The notes beneath the pieces were generated by a model. It was not told where the DNA came from. It was given only the letters and a program-made list of their open reading frames with translations, and ran no database searches. A stretch of 64,000 nt of DNA from a virus. How positions within the stretch are numbered: the stretch's first letter is position 1; each line of letters opens with the position of its first letter. Below, piece after piece: positions 25,976 through 34,539 of the stretch. Where the stretch lies: positions 1-64,000 of the IMG/VR virus record IMGVR_UViG_3300017987_000006. One strand, 5' to 3'. Made by a program: the position numbers and the translations under genes.

Positions 25976-26418
25976 GCGGCGATACTTGGCCAGAGCAGGA
26001 GGTGGTGAGCAAGTGGTTGCAGAGGAGGCAAATCTTTTGCAAACCGGAAGAGGCGATGGAATTGATCGAGGCTGTGACAAAGTCTCGCCTCGAGGTGCAG
26101 GAAGCGCGGGACACATTCGAGAGGGGAGTTGCCGATCGAAGGGTTTTGCTCGGCAAGATTTTCTCCTATTTGGAAGAGCTTCGTGGGGACCTTGCGCGGG
26201 CTCAGGGATTCATCGAGGGGATGCGGGACAGAATGGGTCCGTGGATCGACCGATTGAACAACGAGGGCTTGCTTGGTCCTGCAATCTCTCTGGACGCTGG
26301 TCAGGAAGCTGCGAGACGGACGGAGGAAATAGAGGAGCTCAAGCGGGAAGTGATCAAGTGGAAGAACATCGCCCAGCCCTTCCTGGAGGCGGCGGCGGAC
26401 ACAGGGGCAGGTACATGA
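25972..26418 (+). CDS. Hypothetical protein
   Basis: GAGGTGGAG SD; ATGA overlap. Confidence 0.65.
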   Translation: MSGDTWPEQEVVSKWLQRRQIFCKPEEAMELIEAVTKSRLEVQEARDTFERGVADRRVLLGKIFSYLEELRGDLARAQGFIEGMRDRMGPWIDRLNNEGLLGPAISLDAGQEAARRTEEIEELKREVIKWKNIAQPFLEAAADTGAGT

Positions 26419-27308
26419 GTTCTCACATCTTTAATACATCGAAGAGGGAATTCGGGAAGCAGCTTATCGGAGATCGCTCATATGTGGACATGGCCCGGGA
26501 GCAGCTCTCGAAGTTCTCGATGGGGTACATGGGGTACTCAACAGCTACGGCAGCTCTTGCGCTGCTTGCTAGGAAGGGGCTGATTTCCGAGGAGGAGCTA
26601 AATGGAGTGGTAGAGCTTGCTACGAGCGTATCGGAGCAGTACCTGGACCTGGCGGTGGCGGAGAGTGCGGAGCAGGATAAAGCAAACGACTTCATCACCG
26701 AGGAGCACCGGAAAGAGGCTGAGGCCGTTGGCGCGGCGGCACAGAAGAAGCTCAACGCGTTGGTTGAGGAGTTCGTGGAGAAAGGCAAGGAGAAGAGGAA
26801 GTACGTGAAGCCTACAGTGAAGGACGTGGGCGAGCCTGTGAACAGCTGTGTGTGCGGCATGGCGGAGTCAAGGGACACTAACGACCCGCAGCGTCCTCCC
26901 CGCTTTCAGGAGCGCGCCTCGGCTTTCTTCGACGGGCTGGTCGCGAAGAGCCGACCACATCCCGTCTTTTGGGAGCCGATCGACACGGAGACGCTGGCCA
27001 ACATGCAGGACCGGGCGTTCCAGGAGGGTCAGCTCGAGGTCCGGCAGGACATAGTTGAGAGGTTCAACATCGACTGGACGGACAGGGCGCACAGGCTATG
27101 GCGGTCTAACGACCTCACCGTGCAGAGCTTCGCCGCGGCGTTGAAGATTGCATACGAGGAGGGGTTCGATGCGGGGCGCAAGCAGGCCATCAACGATCAG
27201 ACCAGAGCGCTGGATGCGTCTAGGTACAGCCCCAACGAGTCTGGGACGGACGAGATTAAGACGCAGGACCCCATCTCGGATACAGCGGAGGATAATAAAT
27301 GCCCGTAG
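26415..27308 (+). CDS. Hypothetical protein
   Basis: ATGA overlap; phage-like codon style from ATG 26415. Confidence 0.65.
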   Translation: MSSHIFNTSKREFGKQLIGDRSYVDMAREQLSKFSMGYMGYSTATAALALLARKGLISEEELNGVVELATSVSEQYLDLAVAESAEQDKANDFITEEHRKEAEAVGAAAQKKLNALVEEFVEKGKEKRKYVKPTVKDVGEPVNSCVCGMAESRDTNDPQRPPRFQERASAFFDGLVAKSRPHPVFWEPIDTETLANMQDRAFQEGQLEVRQDIVERFNIDWTDRAHRLWRSNDLTVQSFAAALKIAYEEGFDAGRKQAINDQTRALDASRYSPNESGTDEIKTQDPISDTAEDNKCP

Positions 27309-27679
27309 GAATTACCGCACTGCGGATGAAGGTCTTGATCCAGATCGGCAAGCTCGTTGAAGATCAGAAGCTGCATGGATCGTTTCCCGTCTCGGTTGAG
27401 GCATATGAGGTTGCCGCGCAGTTGGGCCTGATGAGCAAGAAGAACGGCTACTCGATCGTGATGAAGACGATCGAGGCGCTACGGGAGGGCAGGCTGGTGA
27501 CGATCTTCGGCCTCGATGGGGATGCGAGCAGGGCGTACGAGGACGAGCCGCGCGTTGCCCTGACCAAGAAGGGTGCGGAGATCTACACGCAGATGCGGCG
27601 GGCGTTCAGGGGTGAGGACGTGGATCAATCCAAGATGCGGAGCAGCATGGCCAGGATATTGGGGAACGATACGGTTTAA
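27299..27679 (+). CDS. Hypothetical protein, possible winged helix
   Basis: GGAGG SD; ...VALTKKG. Confidence 0.55.
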   Translation: MPVGITALRMKVLIQIGKLVEDQKLHGSFPVSVEAYEVAAQLGLMSKKNGYSIVMKTIEALREGRLVTIFGLDGDASRAYEDEPRVALTKKGAEIYTQMRRAFRGEDVDQSKMRSSMARILGNDTV

Positions 27680-28044
27680 TGGACGGTGAAGTTACACGGT
27701 GGCACCCGGAGGGGTGCCGCTGCGTTATCTGCGAGAACCGACGCATGCTAGGCGTCAGGGAGAGAATCATGCCGGCTGTAGCGATTAGTTGGAGCGGGAA
27801 GCACTGCAGCGATGGGTGTCCGTTCTACCACGCGCACATCCTTTCTGGAGGCGGGGTCAGGCTTGTCAATCCTATGTGTCATCTCGACGGACACAAGGAT
27901 ACTGTACTGAATGAGGTGCTGGACATTCGCCTTGAGGTCATTGGATCTGGACAGGACGCTTACACGCCTCGCGCGAAGAACTGTCCATTCAACGACGTTC
28001 ACGGTGTGCACGTGGAGATCTACCATCAAGGAGATGAAGAGTGA
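27679..28044 (+). CDS. Cys/His-rich hypothetical protein
   Basis: CRCVIC, C..GCPF, CPF. Confidence 0.55.
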   Translation: MDGEVTRWHPEGCRCVICENRRMLGVRERIMPAVAISWSGKHCSDGCPFYHAHILSGGGVRLVNPMCHLDGHKDTVLNEVLDIRLEVIGSGQDAYTPRAKNCPFNDVHGVHVEIYHQGDEE

Positions 28045-28439
28045 GCAGTATCATAATTGAGTTGCGTTGCAGGCGTGTTCCAAAAGAGCACGTCTACAAC
28101 GGGGAGATCGCTGTCCTCGTGAAGGATGAAGCCCAACGGCTGCTGCTACCGTTCGGACGGAGAGATCTAGGTGATGTAGGAGTCGTTCTGCACCACCTGG
28201 TACGGGCCGTGGCTGGCAACGTGGAGGAGTTTGCTGTGCGGATGGTACAAAGCGCTCCTGGGACGAAGCACAAAGCCGTTCCGATGGACCTGACCCCAGC
28301 GCAGGTTCAGAAGATCTACGAGTCGGAGGAGAGCGCGCGGCTGTTCTTTGCTCCGCGGTTCATTACGCGGAAGGTATCCTCACTGGAAGATGTACAGAAG
28401 GTGATCAAAGACGAGGCGGAGCGTGCTAGTGACGAGTGA
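28041..28439 (+). CDS. Hypothetical protein
   Basis: GTGA overlap. Confidence 0.55.
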   Translation: MSSIIIELRCRRVPKEHVYNGEIAVLVKDEAQRLLLPFGRRDLGDVGVVLHHLVRAVAGNVEEFAVRMVQSAPGTKHKAVPMDLTPAQVQKIYESEESARLFFAPRFITRKVSSLEDVQKVIKDEAERASDE

Positions 28440-28722
28440 CATGCCTCAGGCTCTGTTGGATTTGTTTTCTCAACCCCTGACGGAAGAGAGGAGGGAGCAG
28501 ATCCGGGAGTACTGCGCCGAGTATGTCGTTGAGCGGTTGCGTGAGGTGGCGTGTGCTAATAAGATCATTCCTCCGATGAAGATGCCGCCCAGGCCGATGG
28601 TACGCGATCTTCCGTCGTTCCAGGAACTGGAGGAGGAGCCGGAGGGGCTCGAGCTGGAGCCGTTTTACAAACAATTCATGGTGCCCAAGCACCTCACCAA
28701 AGGAGACGACAATGCCGAATAG
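28423..28722 (+). CDS. Hypothetical protein
   Basis: Fills gap; start uncertain. Confidence 0.5.
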   Translation: MLVTSDMPQALLDLFSQPLTEERREQIREYCAEYVVERLREVACANKIIPPMKMPPRPMVRDLPSFQELEEEPEGLELEPFYKQFMVPKHLTKGDDNAE

Positions 28723-28993
28723 AACATCGAAGTACCCGCCCAAGACCGTGGTCAATGTAGCCCAGTGCGAGATCTTCGCCGTGACCTTCGTGGATGGTGA
28801 GAGCATCCCCGACACCCGCCTGGTCGTGAAGCACGGGGACAGCTACCACTTCTTGCACGACGAGAAGACGGACCACTCCCTGCGTCCGCCTGCCGGGTGG
28901 CTGATCAAGGCTCTCCAGGAGAAGCTGGAGGCGTCCGTGCTGGATGGAGAGGAGGACAAGATCGAGGAGCTGCCGATGGAGGCGACGGTATGA
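28712..28993 (+). CDS. Hypothetical protein
   Basis: AAAGGAG SD. Confidence 0.6.
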   Translation: MPNRTSKYPPKTVVNVAQCEIFAVTFVDGESIPDTRLVVKHGDSYHFLHDEKTDHSLRPPAGWLIKALQEKLEASVLDGEEDKIEELPMEATV

Positions 28994-29370
28994 CCGGCAT
29001 CCCCAAGGGTTTGGAGCTTCCCCCTGTCCGACCGCAGAACGATCGCGTGCTCATTTATCTCGAGCCAGAGAGCAATGTGGTCGGATCGGACGTGAAGCTC
29101 TACAAGCCGGACGACGCGAACGCGCACGTCTTTCGTTTGGGGCGTGTGGTTCGCGTCGGCCCGGGGAAGCGAGACCCAGACAGCGGAGAGCGAATCCCGT
29201 GCATGGTCAAGCCCGGAGACAGGGTGCTGTTCATCAAGTTCGTGGCTACTCACACCAAGACGGCGGAGAGCATCCAGTGTACGGTGGGCAAAGACTTCGC
29301 GTTGATCAAGGACTACGACGCCCTGGCCGTAGTGCCGGAGGATTTCGATCTGAGGATGGTACGGCAGTGA
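28990..29370 (+). CDS. groES: GroES/Cpn10-like co-chaperonin
   Basis: VRPQNDRVLI, GRVVRVGPGK, VKPGDRVLF, LIKDYDALAVV follow the Cpn10 pattern. Confidence 0.85.
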   Translation: MTGIPKGLELPPVRPQNDRVLIYLEPESNVVGSDVKLYKPDDANAHVFRLGRVVRVGPGKRDPDSGERIPCMVKPGDRVLFIKFVATHTKTAESIQCTVGKDFALIKDYDALAVVPEDFDLRMVRQ

Positions 29371-30248
29371 CAGCTACCTGGGAGAAGGTGGACGTCTACA
29401 TGTGCTCGCTGTGCGAGTCACCCATCTTCATGCCGAAGGGTCAGAAGAAACTGCCAGATAAGTGCGAGCGTTGCGGTGCGGAGATGACGGAGAAGCCCAA
29501 GACGGGACGGGGAAAGCCGATGGAGCTTGCCGGCGTCACCTATCCGCGCAAGAAGGACGTGGAGGCGCGGGCGAAGCAGATCTTACGGGATACGCCGGTT
29601 CACGCATGTCTCGAAGGGGACGATCGTGCCTTCATGGTGGCCTTGCTCAACCACCACTACCTAGTCAAGGAGAAGATCGGTAGTGGTGTGAAGGACATCT
29701 TTGTTGGCAAGCAGCCCGGCCGGGATGCCAAGAGGTTCCTGCTGCGTCGGACGAACGGCGTGATCGTGGACTTCAGCTACCGCAAGTGTCTGCGGCCCCC
29801 AACGCGCAGGGAGCACTTCGCGGAGGCGTGCCGGGCGGCGGTGCAGGGGCAGGTGGACGCGTTCAAGACCCACGCCTTCCGCCCCCTGCCGGTCAAGGGA
29901 GATCCTACCGCGGATGTCTTCACCTTTGACCCCAACCGCTTTCGTCTGGAGCCCACGAGTAAGGTTCCGTGTGCGTTGACGGGGGAGCTGGTAAGCTGGA
30001 AGGAGTGCCACGTAGATCATGCCCCGCCGAACGAGTTCGCGAAGATTGTGGACGACTACATCAAAGAGCACCAGATCGACATCAACCAGATCCAACTCCT
30101 GGGGGCTGAAGACGGCTTCTCGCGCCGTTGCTTCCAGTACGAGGAGGAGCGGCGTTTCGCTGCGTTCCACAAGGAGCGCGCCGTGTTGCAGATAGTTGCC
30201 ATCGCCCCTCACATGGAGCGATCGTATGCAAGCAGGAGGAAGGGATGA
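29367..30248 (+). CDS. Zn-ribbon + DUF3223 (DCL-like) domain + HNH-like motif protein
   Basis: CSLC...CERC; ALLNHH...EKIGSGV...F.LRRTNG...DFSYRKC; CALTG...HVDH. Confidence 0.7.
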   Translation: MTATWEKVDVYMCSLCESPIFMPKGQKKLPDKCERCGAEMTEKPKTGRGKPMELAGVTYPRKKDVEARAKQILRDTPVHACLEGDDRAFMVALLNHHYLVKEKIGSGVKDIFVGKQPGRDAKRFLLRRTNGVIVDFSYRKCLRPPTRREHFAEACRAAVQGQVDAFKTHAFRPLPVKGDPTADVFTFDPNRFRLEPTSKVPCALTGELVSWKECHVDHAPPNEFAKIVDDYIKEHQIDINQIQLLGAEDGFSRRCFQYEEERRFAAFHKERAVLQIVAIAPHMERSYASRRKG

Positions 30249-30511
30249 GGTTCATCCAGGAAGACAAACACAACCCGAAGATCTTGGAGGTCGTCTGGAT
30301 GTGGCTCCCCACGTTCATCGGCCAGAACACGGCGCTCCTGGGAGAGCTGGACCACGCGCTCGCTGCGAAGTTCCCTCCGCCCTTCGATGTAACTGAGGAT
30401 AAGCTGGACGAGATCCATGAGTTTGTGGTGGACTACATCTGTGGGAAGCACCCCATCTTCACGGGGCTGCGGGAGTACCTCCAGGCCGTGCGCGGCGTGA
30501 CCACAAAGTAG
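30245..30511 (+). CDS. Hypothetical protein
   Basis: GGAGG SD; ATGA overlap. Confidence 0.6.
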   Translation: MRFIQEDKHNPKILEVVWMWLPTFIGQNTALLGELDHALAAKFPPPFDVTEDKLDEIHEFVVDYICGKHPIFTGLREYLQAVRGVTTK

Positions 30512-30519
30512 GAGAAATC

Positions 30520-31524
30520 ATGGGTTTCAAGTTTGATCAAGAGCGTGTGGTATTTGAGGGTACGAACTTCTACGTTTACGATGTTCATGATCTTCTCCCG
30601 AAGCACCGCAACTTTCCTCGTGGGGCGTACGACGTCAAGAAGCCCAACGGGAAGCCAGCGGTGGTGGGGAGTTACAAGGACGTACACAACCGCGACATTG
30701 CCAAGTTCTACTTCCACCAATCGGCCGGAAACGTTACTCGATCTGGTCTCGATGGCCTGATGGACGAGGCCCACTTCTTCGTGAGAGATCCAGCATGGGA
30801 TGACAAGGGTCGCTGGACCGGCAGGGGACGCGGGTGGCCCGGCTTCGCCTACACCTACTACCTCCCGTATCGCCCGTTGGTCTACAACGGCAAATACATC
30901 GTCTTCATGTGCAACAAGCACGAGACAGTGAGCTGGCACTCGGGCGACAACTACCACAGCGAGGCGTGTGTGCTGCAGGGTTATTTCTACAGCCGCCACA
31001 TCAAGACCTTCAAGCCCAAGAAGGGCCAGGACGGACATCCCTCGAAAGATCAGATGCACACCCTTTTAACATTCACCGATGAGTACGTCATCGAGCATCT
31101 GGGAATCGACGAGAAACAAGTGGTGGGGCACTACATGTCTCCGCACCCCAAGCCAACCTGCCCGGGTGACGATGTGGAATACTTCCTGGACGGCGTGCAG
31201 GAGGGCATCATCTACTCAGGGACGCCTGACGACGTGGAGGAGAAGGTGATTCAGAAGGTGCCGGGGGCGCTTAAGCTGGATACCTGGGCGGAGCGTCAGG
31301 CGGCGTTGGTGTGGCTCGGGCACGACCTCGGCAACTACGGAGAGCTTGGTAACGGCGTGGACGGAGACCCGGGGAATCTGACCAGAATGGCCATTGAGAC
31401 GCAGGAAGAGCTGATGATGTTGAAGGTGGACGGATATTGGGACGACGTCTTTGACTTTCAGATCAAGATGTTGTTGATGGCGCTCAGCTGTACGCAAGAC
31501 GATCTGGAGATGTTGATTCCATGA
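30520..31524 (+). CDS. N-acetylmuramoyl-L-alanine amidase (Amidase_2) endolysin with C-terminal PG-binding domain
   Basis: YFHQSAG, SWHSG, GHYMSPHPKPTCPG (Zn ligands His/His/Cys); QAALVWLGH...GVDGDPGNLTRMAI resembles PG_binding_1. Confidence 0.8.
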   Translation: MGFKFDQERVVFEGTNFYVYDVHDLLPKHRNFPRGAYDVKKPNGKPAVVGSYKDVHNRDIAKFYFHQSAGNVTRSGLDGLMDEAHFFVRDPAWDDKGRWTGRGRGWPGFAYTYYLPYRPLVYNGKYIVFMCNKHETVSWHSGDNYHSEACVLQGYFYSRHIKTFKPKKGQDGHPSKDQMHTLLTFTDEYVIEHLGIDEKQVVGHYMSPHPKPTCPGDDVEYFLDGVQEGIIYSGTPDDVEEKVIQKVPGALKLDTWAERQAALVWLGHDLGNYGELGNGVDGDPGNLTRMAIETQEELMMLKVDGYWDDVFDFQIKMLLMALSCTQDDLEMLIP

Positions 31525-31748
31525 TCGAGAAGGGACAGACCATTACGTGTCCAGCTTGCAAGAAGGAAGTATACCGAGCACGTGAGGACATCTCCTATGG
31601 GGCGAATATGGCCAGCAAGTATTTGGAATACATGGACGGCGCGCCGGTCAAGAAGTACACAAAAATGGCGTGTCCAAACTGCTGGATCATATATCGTTCT
31701 ATCTCGACAAAGAACAGGGAGTTGATTCTCGTAGGGCAAATGGAGTAG
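31521..31748 (+). CDS. Zinc-ribbon protein
   Basis: CPAC...CPNC. Confidence 0.65.
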   Translation: MIEKGQTITCPACKKEVYRAREDISYGANMASKYLEYMDGAPVKKYTKMACPNCWIIYRSISTKNRELILVGQME

Positions 31749-31750
31749 TG

Positions 31751-31948
31751 ATGGTGACCAAGAAGAAGACAACGAAGAAGTCGGCGAACGACAGGGTCAA
31801 CCTGAAGCTACCGGCGGACTTGAAGAAGTGGATGTTTAAGTACGCGGAGAAACATGGAACAACAGTTACTCAAATGATCATAGATCACTTCGTGCGTGTT
31901 CGGAACACCGAGAGTAAGAAGCTATCGGGAGACGCGGAGCAGGTATGA
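31751..31948 (+). CDS. Ribbon-helix-helix DNA-binding protein
   Basis: RVNLKLPADLKKWMFKYAEKHGTTVTQMII. Confidence 0.75.
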   Translation: MVTKKKTTKKSANDRVNLKLPADLKKWMFKYAEKHGTTVTQMIIDHFVRVRNTESKKLSGDAEQV

Positions 31949-32124
31949 ATATGGGGCTGCACGAGGTCTGCGTAAATATCGTTAAGGCTTTTTATGACGA
32001 TGCGGGCTTCGTGTTGACTCCCGCTGATGTCAGGCTTCTGGCCCAAAACATCTGCAGTGGGCTCTGGAAAGCAGTGATGGAGCCCTTTGAGGAGGAAGAG
32101 GAATGGCCGACGTTAGAGGACTAG
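31945..32124 (+). CDS. Small hypothetical protein (59 aa, absent from ORF track)
   Basis: Manual translation MNMGLHEVCVNIVKAFYDDAG...WPTLED; ATGA overlap; fills gap. Confidence 0.55.
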   Translation: MNMGLHEVCVNIVKAFYDDAGFVLTPADVRLLAQNICSGLWKAVMEPFEEEEEWPTLED

Positions 32125-32936
32125 GCGATGATGCACCGGCTGGTTGGGTGCTCGAGGAGTACACCACGCCGATGCCGAAGGGCCGCAAGGCGATCTTGGA
32201 GGAGGTTGGCAAGATCTTCCTGCTGGGTAAGGTGCAGTCCATTCGTCTCGAGGTGGGAAAACCCATCGCATACACGATGTTCATCAAGGAGGACGAGGCA
32301 ACTCAGCGTCGCTTTGAGGAGCAGGCTGGCGGGATGACCGTCGGGGAAGTGGCGCGAAACATCGAGATGATCGAATACGAGGGAGATCTTGGCGAGGCTC
32401 GTCTGCACAGCGTGGCCTTGATCAGGATGTTCCTCTCCATTTCCGCCAGGGGTCTTTTTTTAACTCACATCGGCGTAGGCATGGAGAGCCGGTTCTTCGA
32501 CTGGATTGACATGGACAAGCTGATGTTCGGCGGCATCGAGAGTTTCGCTGGAGCGCGATTGATCTACGACAAGAACCTACCAGACGATGCGTTGATCCTT
32601 TTTGGTGGTCCACACCCAGGCGGCCGGACGGACCAAATCACTTTCGCAGTCAAGTGCCATTTGTTCTCCGAGGAGGACATTGAGGAGGTAACCGATGAGC
32701 AAGATCACAAACAAGCTGCTGGAAGCGGGGATCGTCCCGGAGAACGGAGTGAAGCAGATGGAGCAGTGGAGGACGATTCCCCAGGGCTCGTCAAAGAAAA
32801 TCGGCGAGTTCAGCCGCGAAAAGGTCGACGCCCTGCGCGAGGACCTCGAGCTGCAGCAGCTCCCTCAGCTTCACGAGACAGTGATGGACGCGGACAAGAT
32901 CGTCGAGAAGGGAAGAGTGGTGACGCTTCTACGTGA
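32103..32936 (+). CDS. Hypothetical protein (last 80 codons overlap next gene)
   Basis: GAGGAGG SD; globular part ends near 32690. Confidence 0.65.
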   Translation: MADVRGLGDDAPAGWVLEEYTTPMPKGRKAILEEVGKIFLLGKVQSIRLEVGKPIAYTMFIKEDEATQRRFEEQAGGMTVGEVARNIEMIEYEGDLGEARLHSVALIRMFLSISARGLFLTHIGVGMESRFFDWIDMDKLMFGGIESFAGARLIYDKNLPDDALILFGGPHPGGRTDQITFAVKCHLFSEEDIEEVTDEQDHKQAAGSGDRPGERSEADGAVEDDSPGLVKENRRVQPRKGRRPARGPRAAAAPSASRDSDGRGQDRREGKSGDAST

Positions 32937-33210
32937 GCCCTTCAAGGTCGGGGTCCATGTAGGGGTCGATCGTATCGGTCGGTACATCGTTCCCATCCCG
33001 CGCGATCCAGACGACTACAAGGCAGTGGCCCCGCTCATGTCTCCGCTGACCAAGTTGTACGACGGGGCCTTGCCGGAGCCGCGTGATGCGCGGATGATCA
33101 CCGCAGTTTCGGTCTTGTACGAAACGAAAGCTCGGGACGTATCGGTCCCCGCCTATTGGTTTTGCGAGACCGAGGCCGAGGGCGAAGAGAACGTCGTGAG
33201 GTACGGGTGA
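32695..33210 (+). CDS. Hypothetical protein
   Basis: Strong GGAGGT SD before ATG 32695. Confidence 0.65.
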   Translation: MSKITNKLLEAGIVPENGVKQMEQWRTIPQGSSKKIGEFSREKVDALREDLELQQLPQLHETVMDADKIVEKGRVVTLLREPFKVGVHVGVDRIGRYIVPIPRDPDDYKAVAPLMSPLTKLYDGALPEPRDARMITAVSVLYETKARDVSVPAYWFCETEAEGEENVVRYG

Positions 33211-33581
33211 TGCCCAGGTGCTTCGTGTGCAACAAGAGAACCCCGCCGCCCCAGCTGCGAACCATCGGCTGGAACAACAGGGGCGTACCTGAAGATGAAC
33301 TCGCCTGCCCGACCTGCAGGCGCAAACGACTGACCCATGTGGTCAGCAAACAGGAGGTAACAGTCATGGCCAAGAACGAACAACCCAAGCCGATCTTCAC
33401 GCTCGAGGTCTTCGAGAACGGCAAGGACGACTACCGTGTCGTGATCAACGCCAAGGTAGGCGGTCTACGCCTCGAGGTGGACAAGACCGTGGAAGAGATC
33501 AGGGACTTCTTCACCAAGCGCAAGGAGCGCAGGTTGAAGGGCAAGGACGCTGAAGTTCGCAAGTTGAAGTCTGTGGAGTAG
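33210..33581 (+). CDS. Zn-finger hypothetical protein with strong internal start at 33366
   Basis: CFVC...CPTC; AGGAGGT SD before in-frame ATG 33366. Confidence 0.55.
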   Translation: MPRCFVCNKRTPPPQLRTIGWNNRGVPEDELACPTCRRKRLTHVVSKQEVTVMAKNEQPKPIFTLEVFENGKDDYRVVINAKVGGLRLEVDKTVEEIRDFFTKRKERRLKGKDAEVRKLKSVE

Positions 33582-33584
33582 CCG

Positions 33585-33869
33585 ATGAGCTATCTGGTAT
33601 GTGGTATCTACGACAAACGTCCGGAGGTGTGCCGGCAATATCCGAACCGCTACAGCTACATGCCAGATAGCTGTGGTTACTTCTTCAGCGACAAGCGGGA
33701 GGGGTGTTGCTATCTGGAGTGTCAGGCGGCTTGTTGTATGGAGCCGCGGGAGGGCGGAGAGCCGGGAGGGGCACCTCTGCCCGACATCGCCGGGGGCGAG
33801 CCATGCAAGTATCTCATTTCCGTGGATGAGCCGCCAGAGGGCGCTATAATCGAGAGGCCAGAGGAGTGA
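33585..33869 (+). CDS. YkgJ-like cysteine-cluster protein
   Basis: CGIYDKRPEVCRQYP is the C-terminal YkgJ (CxxCxxCC family) signature. Confidence 0.7.
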   Translation: MSYLVCGIYDKRPEVCRQYPNRYSYMPDSCGYFFSDKREGCCYLECQAACCMEPREGGEPGGAPLPDIAGGEPCKYLISVDEPPEGAIIERPEE

Positions 33870-34510
33870 TGGGACGCAAGCTCAGGAAGTTGTCCGAGGG
33901 TGAAGAAGTTGAGGTTCCTGCTTTCCTGCAGGACGCGCGGGTCGTGGTAGTAGACACTGAGACGACGGGGTTCGACAGTAAGAGGGACAGGATCATTGAG
34001 ATTGGAGCAATTTGGATCAACCGCGGTAGGGTCGTCACCGAGTTCGGTCGCATCTTGAATCCTGGACGAAGGCTGCCGCTGGACATCATGAAGCTGACGG
34101 GGATCACACAGAGCGAGGTGGATGCGGCAGACCCTTTCTGGAAGATCTCCAGTTTCGTGGTAGATCTTCTCGAGGCTCCATCCGTCATTGTGGCGTACAA
34201 CAGTCCATTCGACATGGGTTTTTTGAAGAGCGAGATCGAAAGGGCTGGGCGGGAAGTTCCACGCTTCGGTCCCGTTATCGATCCACTCAAGTGGACGCGG
34301 CACGAAGATCGAGGTAAGAGTTGCAAGCTGGGCGTTGCTGCGGCGAGGCGCGGCATCGAGGTAGAAGGAGCTCACCGGGCGGTGGACGACTGTAGGATCA
34401 CTTTGGCGTTGATGAACACGCTCAAGTTCCCGAGCACCTTGTCTCAGACCATCGAAAATCAGAAGCACTTGAAGACCAACAACTATCGCAGACGCGGTGG
34501 TATAAGGTAG
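33866..34510 (+). CDS. DEDDh 3'-5' exonuclease (DnaQ/Pol III epsilon-like)
   Basis: ExoI DTETTG, ExoII AYNSPFDMGFL, ExoIII HRAVDD. Confidence 0.92.
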   Translation: MMGRKLRKLSEGEEVEVPAFLQDARVVVVDTETTGFDSKRDRIIEIGAIWINRGRVVTEFGRILNPGRRLPLDIMKLTGITQSEVDAADPFWKISSFVVDLLEAPSVIVAYNSPFDMGFLKSEIERAGREVPRFGPVIDPLKWTRHEDRGKSCKLGVAAARRGIEVEGAHRAVDDCRITLALMNTLKFPSTLSQTIENQKHLKTNNYRRRGGIR

Positions 34511-34539
34511 CCAACCGAAACCACTTAGCGGAGGAAGAA

